64,000 nt of DNA from NCBI RefSeq assembly GCF_964355755.1, contig NC_092673.1:8990001-9054000 (forward strand), read 5' to 3'. Below the pieces are notes generated by a model, which worked only from the letters and a program-made list of their open reading frames with translations, had not been told where the DNA came from and did no database searches. Within the stretch, counting starts at the first letter, position 1. Each line of letters starts with the position of its first letter. Below are positions 25,217-37,892 of this stretch, one piece after another. This DNA comes from Antedon mediterranea. Lineage: Eukaryota > Animalia > Echinodermata. A program made the translations under genes and the position numbers.

Positions 25217-27584
25217 CTTCTTGCGAAGAAAGCAAGATTCTTTGTTTCAAATCCAGTACCCGCAGAAGGAATGTCTGTGGGTAGTCTGGGCTCCAGACGG
25301 AGTTTTTTTCTTAATATTAGTAAAAATATAAACATTTTTGCACATATGGCGTTTCATACGTGTATTACTTGAGTTTGGATACTCCGTCTGGGGAAACACG
25401 CAAAAGTCACGTGGTTTGACACCAAGAATTCTTGGTGCATAGATTATCCGGTTGACTAGTTTCAGCTGCATGCAATTGGCTACTCACTCGTACACTGTTT
25501 TAATATTCATATTTCAGAATTTCAAAGACTCAACAACTAAGATGGTACGCATGCGCTATGTTACGTGGGTACATTGATCGGGACATTGATGAAAGTTTCT
25601 GAAGGCTAGAAATGATTTTATATGCCTAGTACTAGTAGTAGTCTGGTAAACATTTGATGGGATTTTCCCCAAGAACATGAAAACTCGTCTTGCTTCTGCG
25701 CAAATCAAACATTGAATGAATCATTTAATATTACGCGGAGATAATTTGATTTAAATCCCACCTAGACCCTGTCCTGTTCTGTGTAGTGGTGTCGTAGCCC
25801 TGTCTGTTGTGTGTGAATCCTGTTGTGTGCCGGTGGTGGTATGTAGGCCTACCTCTTATTGGCGTTTTATTTGGCAGATCATACGTGCGAGGCCTAGGCT
25901 AAGGACTAAACAATTAATAAACAAAACAACTTGGCAACACGATTTCATTATTTCAACAGTCTCGATTGTACATTCAGCACTGTACGTACTCGATCTTTTT
26001 CATTTTGAAACAAAATGATCATTGGTTGATTTGAAATCAATATTTACATACCGCCCGCCCCATATAGCCAAATACGGTATGATAACCTACGTCATTCTTA
26101 TCAGTTGTTTGCTGTCTGCAAATCAATTTCTATACGTGTTTCACAAGTCTGTATTTTCAGACAAAAATCGCGGTCGAAATAAAAACAAATAAATTATTAA
26201 AAAAAACAATACAGACTTGGAGCAAGTCTAGTCTGTGGGGTTTCTTTTGGGTTTTGTATCGCACTTGATAGTCGGTGAAACAATTTTGTTGCATTTTCCT
26301 CTCCAAAGTGAGCCCTAAGGATAGCTCTTAGTTTGGGCAGCGTTAACCCCAGTTTACGTTCTAAGTAGCTCCGGAGTGACGTACCTGGTACTATTGCTTT
26401 AATAACAGCTTCAATAATCTCCTGATCACTGTTGTGATGTTAAATAATGACATTACATTACATGCTCCCTTTAATATTATTACAATACTGCGTAGATGGT
26501 GCTTTTAGCAGTAATACAAATAGTGATTTTTCTTATGATTCTACTGTACATGAATTTCTTACAATAAAGTGTATCTGAAACGTGAATAATGTGTACATAT
26601 AATTATTTCTATTAACCTTAAAACAATAACTCATAATTAACACTAAATAACTCTTTAACACAATTTACTTAATCTTTGATTTATACTTTGTCGACTTTCA
26701 TATTGAGCTTAGTTGCTCCCTTAGATATTCTACCACTATGTTACATTTGGTTTAATTTGAACTGATTCATATGTAGCCTGATGGGTTGGGTTGTGGACAA
26801 TAGGATTATTATGATCATTTTGTGGTATTTCATCGTGATCAGACATATCATGTTCAGACAAATTAACATCAGAATCATGTTGTGTCTGTTGCAGAATATG
26901 GTTTTCCTTGGTATCATACATGTGTCTACGGTTCCTCTTAAATACCTTTCCATAATCATTCTGTACTAATACACTTCGAGGCTGATTTAATTTAGCCTTC
27001 ACAATACCATATTCCCATTCCCCTTTTGCATTCCTGAATCTGACAGGTTTGCCTATGGTTGGCTGTTTTATTAAACATCTTGCCTTTTGGTCATAATATG
27101 ATTTTTGTTTTTGTTGTCTGTCTTGTAGTTTATTTTTCATGGGGGTGCAATGTGTGGTTTTAAAAGTGCCTCTGTTGTTGGCAACTTGGATCTTAAGAGT
27201 CTACTGTTTAGTAATTCACTCGGTGAATATCCATCTGTACCACCAATGGGGGTGTTTCTAAATTCTAGGAGTGAATTGTATGGGTCATTACCCATCTTTA
27301 TCGCTTTCTTTAAGAGCTTTTTAACAGATTTGACTGAATTTTCTACTTGTCCATTAGATTGGGGAAATCCTGGACTTGTTGTTATGTGTTGGAATCCCCA
27401 GTCGGTTGCGAATTTGTGATACACATCGCTGTCATAGCAGGGACCGTTATCGCTGATGACTATTAGTGGGGTTCCAGATCTACTAAATACGGACTTGGTA
27501 GCGTTTACTACTGTCTGTGCGGTTTTATCGCCGATCTCTATTACTTCAGGAAACTTTGAGTAACACAACACATAACACATCATA

Positions 27585-28331
27585 TTTGATGGCAGTGAAT
27601 TTTATAATTTTACTAATTATTATTGTGTATAAATAATTTCATAGTTATGCAATTATATTATATTATATTCAGTATACAGTAGGCCTATGCTGTAGTTAAA
27701 AGGTCAATAACCATACTATCGGCCATTCTTGTACAAAATGTGCCATTAGACTGGATAGAAACACACATGTTTTAAACAATTTAAAAAGAAAAAAAAATTC
27801 ATAAGACCACAATTTTCAAAGTTATATTATTATTATATTATTATATTTGACTAATAGTTCAAAGGTCAATAGTTGTAGAATCGGCCATTTTTTGTAAAAA
27901 CATTTCATTATAATAAATATGAATGTATAGTTTCTGAACAATTTGAGCCCTATTTCGTGTCTCTCCGATTATTGGTTACTGAGATACGATAAATCAAGGT
28001 CAAAGGTCAAAATGTCAGAAATACGACTTGCATCAATTTTTTGAGAAAATGTGTCATTAAAGTGAATATAAAAACATATATTTAAAACATTTTGACACCA
28101 AAATTAATTATCTGTGACTAGTGGTTCTCGAGATATAGGGTAATTATAAAAAATGGCCGCCATTTTTAATTATGCAAATTAAGGGCTTAGATGGCCGAAT
28201 TTCGCTTGGGATCCGCCATATTCGTAATCAGCGAGGTCGAAATATCCTAAACCAAGTGGATCCCAGCTTCTACCCAAAAATGCTTCTTGATTCGTTTTCT
28301 AGGCCGTTTTTTGAGAAATGGAACCTGTCTA
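27585..28331. mobile_element. Terminal fragment of a non-autonomous DNA transposon (Academ-like end), replacing the Gypsy B RNase H region
   Basis: Non-coding block with AAAGGTCAA and AAAATGGCC motifs, ending ...GCTTCTACCCAAAAATGC...CTA, which resembles Academ TAG/CTA termini. Confidence 0.45.
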
Positions 28332-29300
28332 ATATATGAGTTCCTTAAATGTTTCCTCATTTTAGGATTCCCATGACCAATCAACTTCTTTTGCAAGAAA
28401 TGCGCGGAGTGGGGCTGTCACGTTGGATAAATTAGGGACGAACTTGGCAAGGTATACCATAATTCCCAAAAAGGTTTCCAATTCGTTTTTTGTTTTTGGT
28501 CTGGGCATTTCTGTTAGGGCTCTAATCCTGTTAGGGCTCGGTTTTAGGCCTTGGGCTGTAAGTAGGTGTCCCGAATTTTCAACGTGATCTACACTTACTT
28601 CAGATTTAGGGCGATTTAGTTTCAGACCAGATGCACGAACTTTTTCAAAAAATATTTGCAGTATCTTTCATCATGTTGCGCATCGTTATCTCCGACTATT
28701 AGCATGTCGTCAACGATTATGCCAATGCCTGGTATATTACCGAACTCCTCTTCCATGGCACGTTGCTAAATTTCTCCTGCGGATTTTATACCAAACGGCA
28801 TGCGTTTAAACCTATATCTACCCCAAGGGGTGTTAAATGTGGTTAGCTTAGAGCTTTTCTCACTTAGCATTAACTGCCAGTAACCAGATGTCGCTTCAAA
28901 TTTTGAAAAAACTTTAGCATTTGGCATTTTTGCGATTACCAATTCTAGCGTATTCATTGGGTAGTGCTGACGGCATATAGCTTTATTTAGTTCGCAAGGG
29001 TCTAAGCAAATTCATACTTTCCCATTTTTCTTTAGGACTGTGGTAATTTGACTTACCCATTCAGTCGCGTCCTTTACTGGCTGAATTACACCTATGCTGG
29101 TCATACGGTCTAATTCATCTTTAACACTGTCCCGAATTTTGTGGGGGATTTGGGCGAGTGGTAACTGTACTGGACATACATTTGGGTCAATTTCTATGTC
29201 GTATTCCCTGTTTTTTAAACATCCTAATCCTATGAACAGGTCTTTGTTTTCTTTCTCTAATTCTATGGACCTTTTACTAGATTTGTGTTTATTATTCATG

Positions 29301-29611
29301 TTAATAATAATAATACCAGATTTATATAGCGCCCTTTTCATGAGTAATCATGCTCAAAGGCGCTTTACAAGCATTATTACCCTAGTATTTTTTGGGATCT
29401 AACACGTATGGAAACATACTCCCATAATGCAGCCGGTAACCAGCGCAGTTGTGTCTAGATCTAACTGGGTACCCATTTATACACCTGGGTGGAAAGAGGC
29501 AACGTAAGTAAAGTATCTTGCCTACGGATACAAGCAATGCGGCGAGAGTTGGATTCGAACCTAGGTCTGACGATCGGTAGTCCAACGTCCAACACACTGC
29601 GCCACACGCCC
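29301..29611 (-). mobile_element. tRNA-derived SINE with CORE-like domain and L2-type tail
   Basis: A box TGGCGCAGTG; B box GGTTCGAATCC; central GGCAAGATACTTTAC...CCACCCAGGTGTATAAATGGGTACC; tail TGTAAAGCGCC...GGCGCTATATAAAT plus (TAT)n. Confidence 0.85.
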
Positions 29612-30091
29612 TCAACTCATTAATCTCATTGACTCTTCTCAATAAACCCATTATTTCACATGTTTCTCTCCCAAGTATAGGCAAAACTTTCTCATTCAGT
29701 ATTTGAAATGTCACCTGATTACTAACTATTTTACCAGCTTGGGTTGTTTTACATTCTAGTTTTACGTGTCCCACTGGTTTCATAAAATGATTACTATAAG
29801 ATTTTAATTTAATCTTAGTTGGCTTAATTAGTTTACGAATATTCTCATGCATCAAGTCAACTACATAATTTGGAAGGATATTTGTTTGAGCACCACTGTC
29901 CAGTTTAAATGTGACTGGAAAGTCATTAATTAAGCATTCTTGAGTTGAATCTGTGTCACTAATTTTCTTGATCTCGTGTACCATCTCTACCGATTCCAAT
30001 TCAAAGAATTCAAACGCTTCTCCTCCATCATCAGGGTGTGTAATTTCTTTGATTGAGCGTGCTGCTCCTCTGCCTTTTCTGCCTATGTATC

Positions 30092-30272
30092 GTTTATTTA
30101 TTTATTTATTTTTATTTTATGTCTTTAGGCAATGTGGCCAAGGATTACCAATAGTGAATTAATCACTGTCCTATCAGATAGGTGGTAATCCCCCTGATAC
30201 AGGGGCTATTGTGTGAACCAGTTCACCGGGGTAACTCCCTACTCTTTTTCGAATAATGAACTGGGTTCTTTA
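30092..30272 (-). mobile_element. 5'-truncated SINE with Deu/Nin-like domain
   Basis: Minus strand GTAAAGAACCCAGTTCATTATTCGAAAAAGAGTAGGG resembles the Nin/Deu core, followed by a (TAAA)n tail. It interrupts Gypsy B gag. Confidence 0.65.
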
Positions 30273-32250
30273 CCTGTTTGTGTTCTCATAGTGGGTTGAC
30301 TGCTTCTGCACTTCACAGCAAAGTGATTTGGTTTGTTGCATTTTATACAAGTTTTTCCGAATGCTGGGCAGTTTCTTGGTGTGTGTGTTTCTCCCACACT
30401 GACGGCAATCAATCCCTGTTTTCTGCTGTTGCTTTAAAATTTCAATTGTTTTCTCTGTGGACTGGTTTGTAGCTTGTGTGTGTTTCACTCAGTTCAGCAG
30501 CTTGGCAATACGTGGTTGCCTTTTCAAGTGTTAGTTTAGTAATTTTCAGAAGTTCGTTTCTGACTGTGTTATCTCTAATTCCAATGACTAATTTGGTCTT
30601 TGATGAGGCTGTCGTTAAGCTCACCAAATTCACATTGTCGTGCTTTTGTCTTTAGATCTGTCAGGAAGTCATTGAATTGTTCTTTCTCGCCTTGTTTTCT
30701 AGTGAAGAACTTATATCTGTCATATGTTACGTTTTTTAATGGCTGACAGCGCTCCCTAAATTTGTTTAACACTGGTTCTAACCTGTTTTTATCTGCTTCA
30801 TCTGTGAACGTGAATGAATTATATGTGGCTAGACTATCTTCTCCCACACAGTTCATGAGTATTGCGACTGTCAGATAAATGTTAAAGCTTTGTTCGAACT
30901 TTTTCCAATTTTCCGCTATTTCCGAATTTAACTTTAGTTGTCCTGGAGGTCTAATGCTTCCATACATTCGATCCATTTTTGCGGATGTCTATTTTTGGGT
31001 TCAATTTTATCCAATTATTTCTGACACCATGTGATGTTAAATAATGACAGGAGCCTTGTTTGTGTACGACTGTTTTTATTATCCCTATAGAGGGCGACAA
31101 CATCATATGTTGGAGTATGTAGTTAGTGTTAACATACATTACAACTATATCCTCTGCTCTTGTCAGATTCGATTTGGTGAATCAAACTTCCAAATGCTAA
31201 TCGGTCTTTCTGGCCTGGCTCACCAATTTGGCCACTCATCCTGAAGTCCTTTCTAGAAACTACTGTCGTCGGCTTTGCATTTGCAGCTTCTTTAAAGCTC
31301 TGTTGTAGTTTCTTTAGTTGTTCTTCATGGGTGGCTATCATGTCCCGTAGCTTTTTTTCATATTCCGCCTGTAAACCATGAAGTTGGCTATGCTTGGCGC
31401 TGAACAAGCTTGCCTTGGATAGTGTTAATTTCCTTTTTATTGTTCACTTCTTTTTTTTTTATTGCCTTCTTGATTTATTGATCTAACATCTTGTCGAGCA
31501 TTCTTATGATTTAACACTTTTTTCAATTTTCACCTCTTTTAGCCTGTAGTTGGATGTTGAGGTTCTTCCCATGCATATGTTTCATAACCGGCAACCCAAT
31601 GTGAATAGTGTCTTTGTCAGGACTAAAAATGATTACATTAGCACAAGAAGTTTGGTGACAATGGAACCAAACACAGGAATCTCCTTGCTCATGATTTGAT
31701 CTGTAATTTGGAGCCTCTTCTGTGGAACCTAAACGCGATATAACTGCTTTGTCGGTAGCATCATCATCAAACCCACCTGCTGTGATAAGTAATTGTCCAA
31801 TCTTCAAATCATCCTGTGTGTTAACTAACTTACGTTTATTGGTCCTATCACCTAAAAATAATGCCCAATGCTTTGAAACCTTGGAATTCACATCAACTGA
31901 AAATGAAATTGAAAATGATTTGTTTTTTATCCCTTCTTGATATTTCTAGATCTTTTGGGCTTAGCCCATGGCTTCCTGTATGATTAAAGATGATATAAAC
32001 TTCAGCAGCTCTATAATCTCTAAATGGTTTAAGTACCCATTGTCTGTAAAGATGGTTGTGGAAATCAATAAATTTATCATGATTTGGCAATGGTTGGTGT
32101 TCATGGATGATAATCATTCCTTCTGCAATGTATGCAGTTTGGTCATCTTTCTGAGGATAAACATCAGTAAAGGAGTCCAGATATTTAGTCTGATATACTG
32201 ATTATGCACATTGACTTCATTATTTGATGCACAAAGATTGGCAAACCTTA

Positions 32251-33152
32251 CGCCCGTATTCTTAAACCGGACTTTAGTTGTAGTTCGAAGTTCGACTTGA
32301 AAAAGTCGTAGTTCGAGCTATTACTTCAAATTCGATTAAAAAACGAAGTAGTCGAAGTTTGCAGTTCGAATTAATGAAGTTGAGCTTTTAGTCGAGTTGC
32401 ACACGTCTGGGTAACAAAGGCTAATACATTGGCCAATGACAAGAGAGTATTTAAGGAGCAGACGAAATTTTGCGCATTGATATCACTTTCCATTTTCTTA
32501 CAAAACTTTTTACGCATCAGGACTATATACATGAAAAATAATTTTAATCGTTAATTATTAGAACAAGATCAGTATTAATTTAACAGTGAAGTACTTTTGA
32601 TTAACAACAAACAAAATCTTCAAAATATATTTAGGAACCATGGCGGTACGGTAACTTTTATATTTTCTAGGCCCCCAACAAAGTATGATCGCGACGAACC
32701 ACGCACTTCATAGCGTGTCAAGAAAGCACTAGGCCCCCTAAACATTCCATCGCATGGTGAATTTCCGCATCTGCAATTGTCGCTATGGCGTGACGTAGTT
32801 CAAGTCGGACTTGCGCGAAGAAAATTATGTAATTTGTTTACGGTTGTAAATAAAGATGATTTTCATTATTATAACTTATACCAATGTATATTTAATTAAG
32901 CTAATATAAAAATAGATATTTCATTCTTCAATATCTGGCCAATATAACAACTCAATGACTGTTACGTTTTTCATAAACATCGTTTAAAAACCATTTAGTC
33001 GACCATTTAGCCTACCCCCTCCAGGACTAAAAAAATCCATCAAAATCCGTATCGATTTAGTCGAGGTTGGCATTTAGTTATGAATTTAAATGACGTCATT
33101 TTTAAAGTTTTAGCTCGAACTACGACTATAGTCCGGTTTAAGAATACGGGCG
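32251..33152. mobile_element. PIF/Harbinger-like MITE
   Basis: TTA TSD at 32248-32250 and 33153-33155. TIR CGCCCGTATTCTTAAACCGGACT. Confidence 0.88.
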
Positions 33153-34019
33153 TTAGTTTCATTATTTTCAGTTGAAGTTTTGTGTATTTTAGCTTTGTTT
33201 TTTGCCTCGACACTGTTTGTTTTGGAGGAGTAAAAGTACAGATGTTGTGTCTTCTCCTGACAGGTCGTTTTGAAGATGCCAGTGACAGAACAACAAATTT
33301 AACAAAAGAAATAAAACTTTCTTTTTCTACCTCATAAAAGGAAATTAAATCTGTGTTTGCCTTCAAGGGTGCTGACTCGTTTGTAAATAAATGTTTGTTT
33401 TTTTACCTGAAACTAGAGAAGATGTTTTGTTAATTTCAGATAGCATTAGTTGAACATTCTTTTTTTTGGTATTTTATCACTGATGTTGATAAAAATGGTT
33501 CATTAGAAGAAGTTGACTTTCTGTTTGTAATAAAATTGAGATTAGAAATAGATTTTGCTCTATGTGGCAAATAGTGTAAAAGCTTTGATAAATAATCCTC
33601 GTCAGAGTTTGTCATAACCATCTTGATATTTTTTTTTTTTCTGTTTCGTGGGGCCAACCCACTTTTATTTCATTCTTCCTATTACACATTGTAGTTATAT
33701 ATAGAAATTGTATAAAATATCATTAAAAAAATGTTTTAACTATATATATATAAATAAAAATTAAAATAATAATGAAACAATTAAAAATTAATACATGTAA
33801 TTTTAAGAAATACAAGTTAATAATTTTCTTTTTACGTTACCCCATTTCTTTTTTGCCTTGTTTATGTTACAAGCATATTGATTCTGTATAAGATTTTTTA
33901 GCTCAAATCGGAACAAGTTCCAGACGACTTTTGATCTAATTTTTGAATGCTTTTCTAATGATTTAATAAAATTTGTTTTATAAATACAAAAAGTTAACAA
34001 TGATATTAATTCATTGACA

Positions 34020-34868
34020 TGTACGGTTTCTTCAAAATACGGTATTTTTTATACCGTATTCTTTAGTACCCCGTTTCTGCTAACAATACTTCTTGGGTGG
34101 TCGTGTTAAATTTCATCCTTTTTACCCAAATTGCCATTCATTTATTTGGTCGATAATTAAAAGTCGCAATAAAGGAAGTTTTACGTCTCACTTTCAACAG
34201 CCTAGCCCTAGTGATAGAGATGTTGTGAGAGCACAGGAAACATCGTAATGGGGACAAGTAATTCGTTCCCTCCTCGAGTTATTGTCTTTTACAATCTTTT
34301 ACTGATTTCGCAGGCTCTTCAGCTTTAAATTTACTTGCTTTGGAGTCTATTCCGTACCCCTGCTTTATTTTTTTAGAAATTATAAATGTGGTTTTACCTT
34401 TTATTACCTTTTAGTTGGCCGGACATTTTAGCTTCCCCACCTTCCCCATCCCCTCCTTCCCCACCCCCTCCCCCTCCTTCCCCCTCCTTCCCCACACAGA
34501 TTTATATAGTAAATACTGTGACGTCTTCGCTCCACATTTTCGCCAAATATCTATAACACGTGTGTAAAATAGCTGACAGCGACAGAAAATAAAAACACGA
34601 TGTTGACCTCATGTCACAGGTAAAAAAAAATATGGTATTTTTTTATTGGCCGCAGAAAAGGGTACAAAAAATACGGTATAAATTTGTAAATACCATATTT
34701 TATCCACAAATTTTGTGGGGAAAATACGGTATACAAAATACGGTATTTTTTTTATGAGCGCAGTTTCAGCTGCCAAAAAAATACGGTATATATACGGTAT
34801 TAAAAAAATACCGTATTAAAAAAATACCGTATAAAATACGGTATTTTCTTGGCAGCAGAAACAGGGCC
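34020..34868. mobile_element. Harbinger-like MITE inside the L1, left end degraded
   Basis: Right terminus GCAGAAACAGGGCC|TTA; many AAATACGGTAT/ATACCGTAT inverted subrepeats. It interrupts the L1 ORF2 C-terminus. Confidence 0.6.
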
Positions 34869-36164
34869 TTAGAATCATGTTGTTGAATTTTGTCCATACT
34901 TTTTGGATACTTTTACATTTCAAAAGCATGTGCTTGTCTGTCTCAATTTCGTTTTGGCAGTGTTCGCACATTTCTTCAGAAGATATTTTCCATATCTTCA
35001 TTCGTTGTTTACATGCCAGAATCCGATGTAGCAGTTTAAAATTAAATTGTGCTACTTTTGTTACATGTTTCATGCTATAGACTTTTTTTAACCATATTTC
35101 ATTCCACTTAAAGTTCACATTTCTAAATTCTGTTTCCCATTTCGATTGACAAAATGGAGTAATAGATATATTGTTGATAATGTGTTTATAATAAAATGAA
35201 TTTTTATACTTTTTATAATATATTGTTTGTACTTCTTGTTTGTCTCTCTCTTTTTCATTGTTTATAAATATTTACATTTACAATCGTAAAATATTCAATT
35301 ATTCCATTTTGTTGCTCTGAAAGGGTGGGTATCAATTCTGTCGGAGTCATTAATCTGTGATTAACTATTATATCTTTTATTGTTTTATACCCTGCTTGTA
35401 TCCAACTTTTAAAATATAATGTTTTTCAACTTCGTTTACATTTTACGTTTACATGTAATACTTATATTGTTAAAATACACTAACACTTTTAACATTTCTT
35501 TATAAAATTCAGGCATACATTTCAGTTCTACATGACTTTCAAAATTGGGCTCACTAGTATTGACAGTATAATTAAATGGATACATATAATGTTTTGGTAA
35601 ATATTTTCATTTACCTGGGTCAGGGCTTAACTATTTCATAACCCAACTAAGTTTTAACGAACTAACCATTGTGCTAAGATGTACCATATTTAGACCACCT
35701 TCTAATATTGAATTTATAAGGGTTTTTCTTTTTATTTTTTATTATCCCACAAAAATGTATATAATACCTTTTCTACTTTTGGGAATACATATTTAGGCAC
35801 ATTTATGACGCTATAGCATTATATACAAGTTTGGAAATTGCAAATGTTTTTATAATAATTATTTTTCCAAAAAAAGAGAGGTTTCTTTTTTGCCATAATT
35901 GTAATATCTGATCAAGTTTAGTGATTTTTTCATTCCAGTTCTTTTCTTCGCACACTCTTTTATTGTAGCCGACAAATATCCCTAAGAATTTAACTGGATT
36001 CTTCGTCCATGTTAGATTAAAAGGTGCTGTTTCATTATTTTTGATGGAACCAATCCACATTCCTTTAGTCTTTTCTTTCTCTTTCTTTCTCTCTATTTCT
36101 TTTTTAAACTAGTCTCGTCATGTGTAAATAAGACGGTGTCATCTGCTAATTGACATTTACATTA

Positions 36165-37892
36165 GGCGTCATCTACAAATTATTTCAGACCACAAATCAG
36201 CGTCCAGACGCGTTTTCTATTGTTTACCCAAAAACGTGTTTCAAAACCCGTCTGCTTTGGCTGCGTCTAGACGCCAATATGCATGTTCGACTATGGCCCC
36301 GCCCCTATATACGGCTGACTGCACATTGTTATACTGTGTACTGGTGTTAAACGCGCTACATACAAGTGAATTCATTGAGAGCGTGTGATATTAAATTATT
36401 ATTTACAACCGGCAGTAAGACAAACAAATCAGTACAGGTATACCCTTTTACCGCCGACAGAGTATGTAAAGCGCAAATGTTCGTTTCTATTTATTCGCGA
36501 CCTTTTATTTTTGCGATTTTATTTTTCTTGTGGTAAAGAGTGAATTTACCACATGCAAAAACGTTAAAGTTAACTTTTGGAACATGGAATCACTCAAACT
36601 ATTGACCTACAGACAGTACAGAAAGAAAATACTGCAACTTTACCTACGAAGTAGCTTGATCGTAGGCTACGTTGTTGGCTTCGTAGGTTCCATTGTTTGG
36701 CTTCGTAACCTCAATAAACAACTTTCAATGAACTACATTCTGAACTTCGTAGGGAGTTCGTAACCTAAATAAACAACCCTACGATGTTCTTAGTGAAGTA
36801 AGGTGTGAAATTAATGTGTTAAATTTAACTGGCGGAGGACCAAGTTGTAAATATAATATAATATTTTTTAATCGTAATCGTTTCCTTCGTGCGTGTTTAC
36901 CTACTCAACGGCGAATAGAAATATAAATTTCCCACGATGTAAACGTAGAGACACGCGATCCAACACAGGTGAACCTCAACGAACAGGCCAACTAATAAAC
37001 ATATTATAGCGAACGTCCAGTCCATCCAGAACGATGCCGAGAAAAAAAGATCGTAAACAATTCATTCTATATATATAGTATCAGAACGTTTTCAGTCGGT
37101 CGCTCAACATTTCGCTCGAAAAGACTGCCGACAGAAGACCGTAATAAATACAGACCTAGTTTTTTTGGGCACATGGCATGAAACGCGATACTCTGGTGGC
37201 TGCCGTCTGACGACGATAAAACAGTAATTAAGATAGTGTACCTGGATTTTGTTGAACATGACATGAAACATAATACTCTCTCTCTAGCTCTAAACTGCTC
37301 ACATGTTTTTTCCCCTCCAAATTCTGGTCGAGCCTTTTTCTTTACACATGTCGTAATCATTTAAGGCCTATGTTAAATCTTAATATGGAATATATATTTA
37401 TTTTCATATCCTAGCCTAGGCGTCATTGTTTTTATAATTCGCTAACTCAAGGTAGGAGCGTTAAATAATTTATAGGCCTAGGCTAGGAGGCCTGGTGTAG
37501 GCCGCCGAAACTAGGCTAGCCTAGACTTTCTTTCTCTCTGCATGAGCTGAGGTCCACAGGCCCGATGTCGTCTCATCGGCAAATTTCCGTCCAAATTAGG
37601 ATAACCTAGGCCTAGTCTCAGATTTTTTGGTTCTGTGAAATGATACCAATGTTGTTTCACCATACAAGCAATACAGACGGGTTTTTTAATCACTCAGACG
37701 CGTTTTCTATTGTTTTACCTACTAACAGCGAAGACGGGTTTTAATCACACAGACGCGTCTTCGCCGCGATTGGGTAGCTCATGAATATTCATAATAGATC
37801 GTTAATGAGGTTCAGCATTGGACAGACGCGTCTGATGGGTTGCAAGTTTTCAGACGCGTCTCTGTGGTCTGAAATAATTTGTAGATGACGCC
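36165..37892. mobile_element. PIF/Harbinger-like non-autonomous element inside the L1 RT
   Basis: Perfect 30-bp TIR GGCGTCATCTACAAATTATTTCAGACCACA. TTA TSD at 36162-36164 and 37893-37895. Confidence 0.9.

Larger units (their letters stand above)
26433..31143 (-). mobile_element. Ty3/Gypsy element B (LTR-gag-PR-RT-IN-LTR), decayed
   Basis: 5' LTR 31030-31143; PBS TGGTGTCAGAA (tRNA-Leu type); gag ORF 30575..30976; protease LDSGAQTN; RT GYWQ...FNTPWGRYRFKRMPFG and IIVDD; integrase SDNGP...PQSNGQVE. PPT lies next to a collapsed 3' LTR at 26433-26462. TSD ACTGT/ACTAT. Confidence 0.9.
26230..31410 (-). mobile_element. Gypsy gag (PNMA-like capsid) remnant C, split by Gypsy B (pieces 26230-26432 and 31144-31410)
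   Basis: KDFRMSGQIGEPGQKDRLAFGSLIHQIES..SRGYS joins in frame to DQEIIEAVIKAIVPGTSLRSYLE...LRAHF across the insertion. Confidence 0.8.

Noticed and set aside
29382-29999. Retropepsin ORF with a novel C-terminal extension
   Set aside because: The extension is chance read-through into the inserted SINE.
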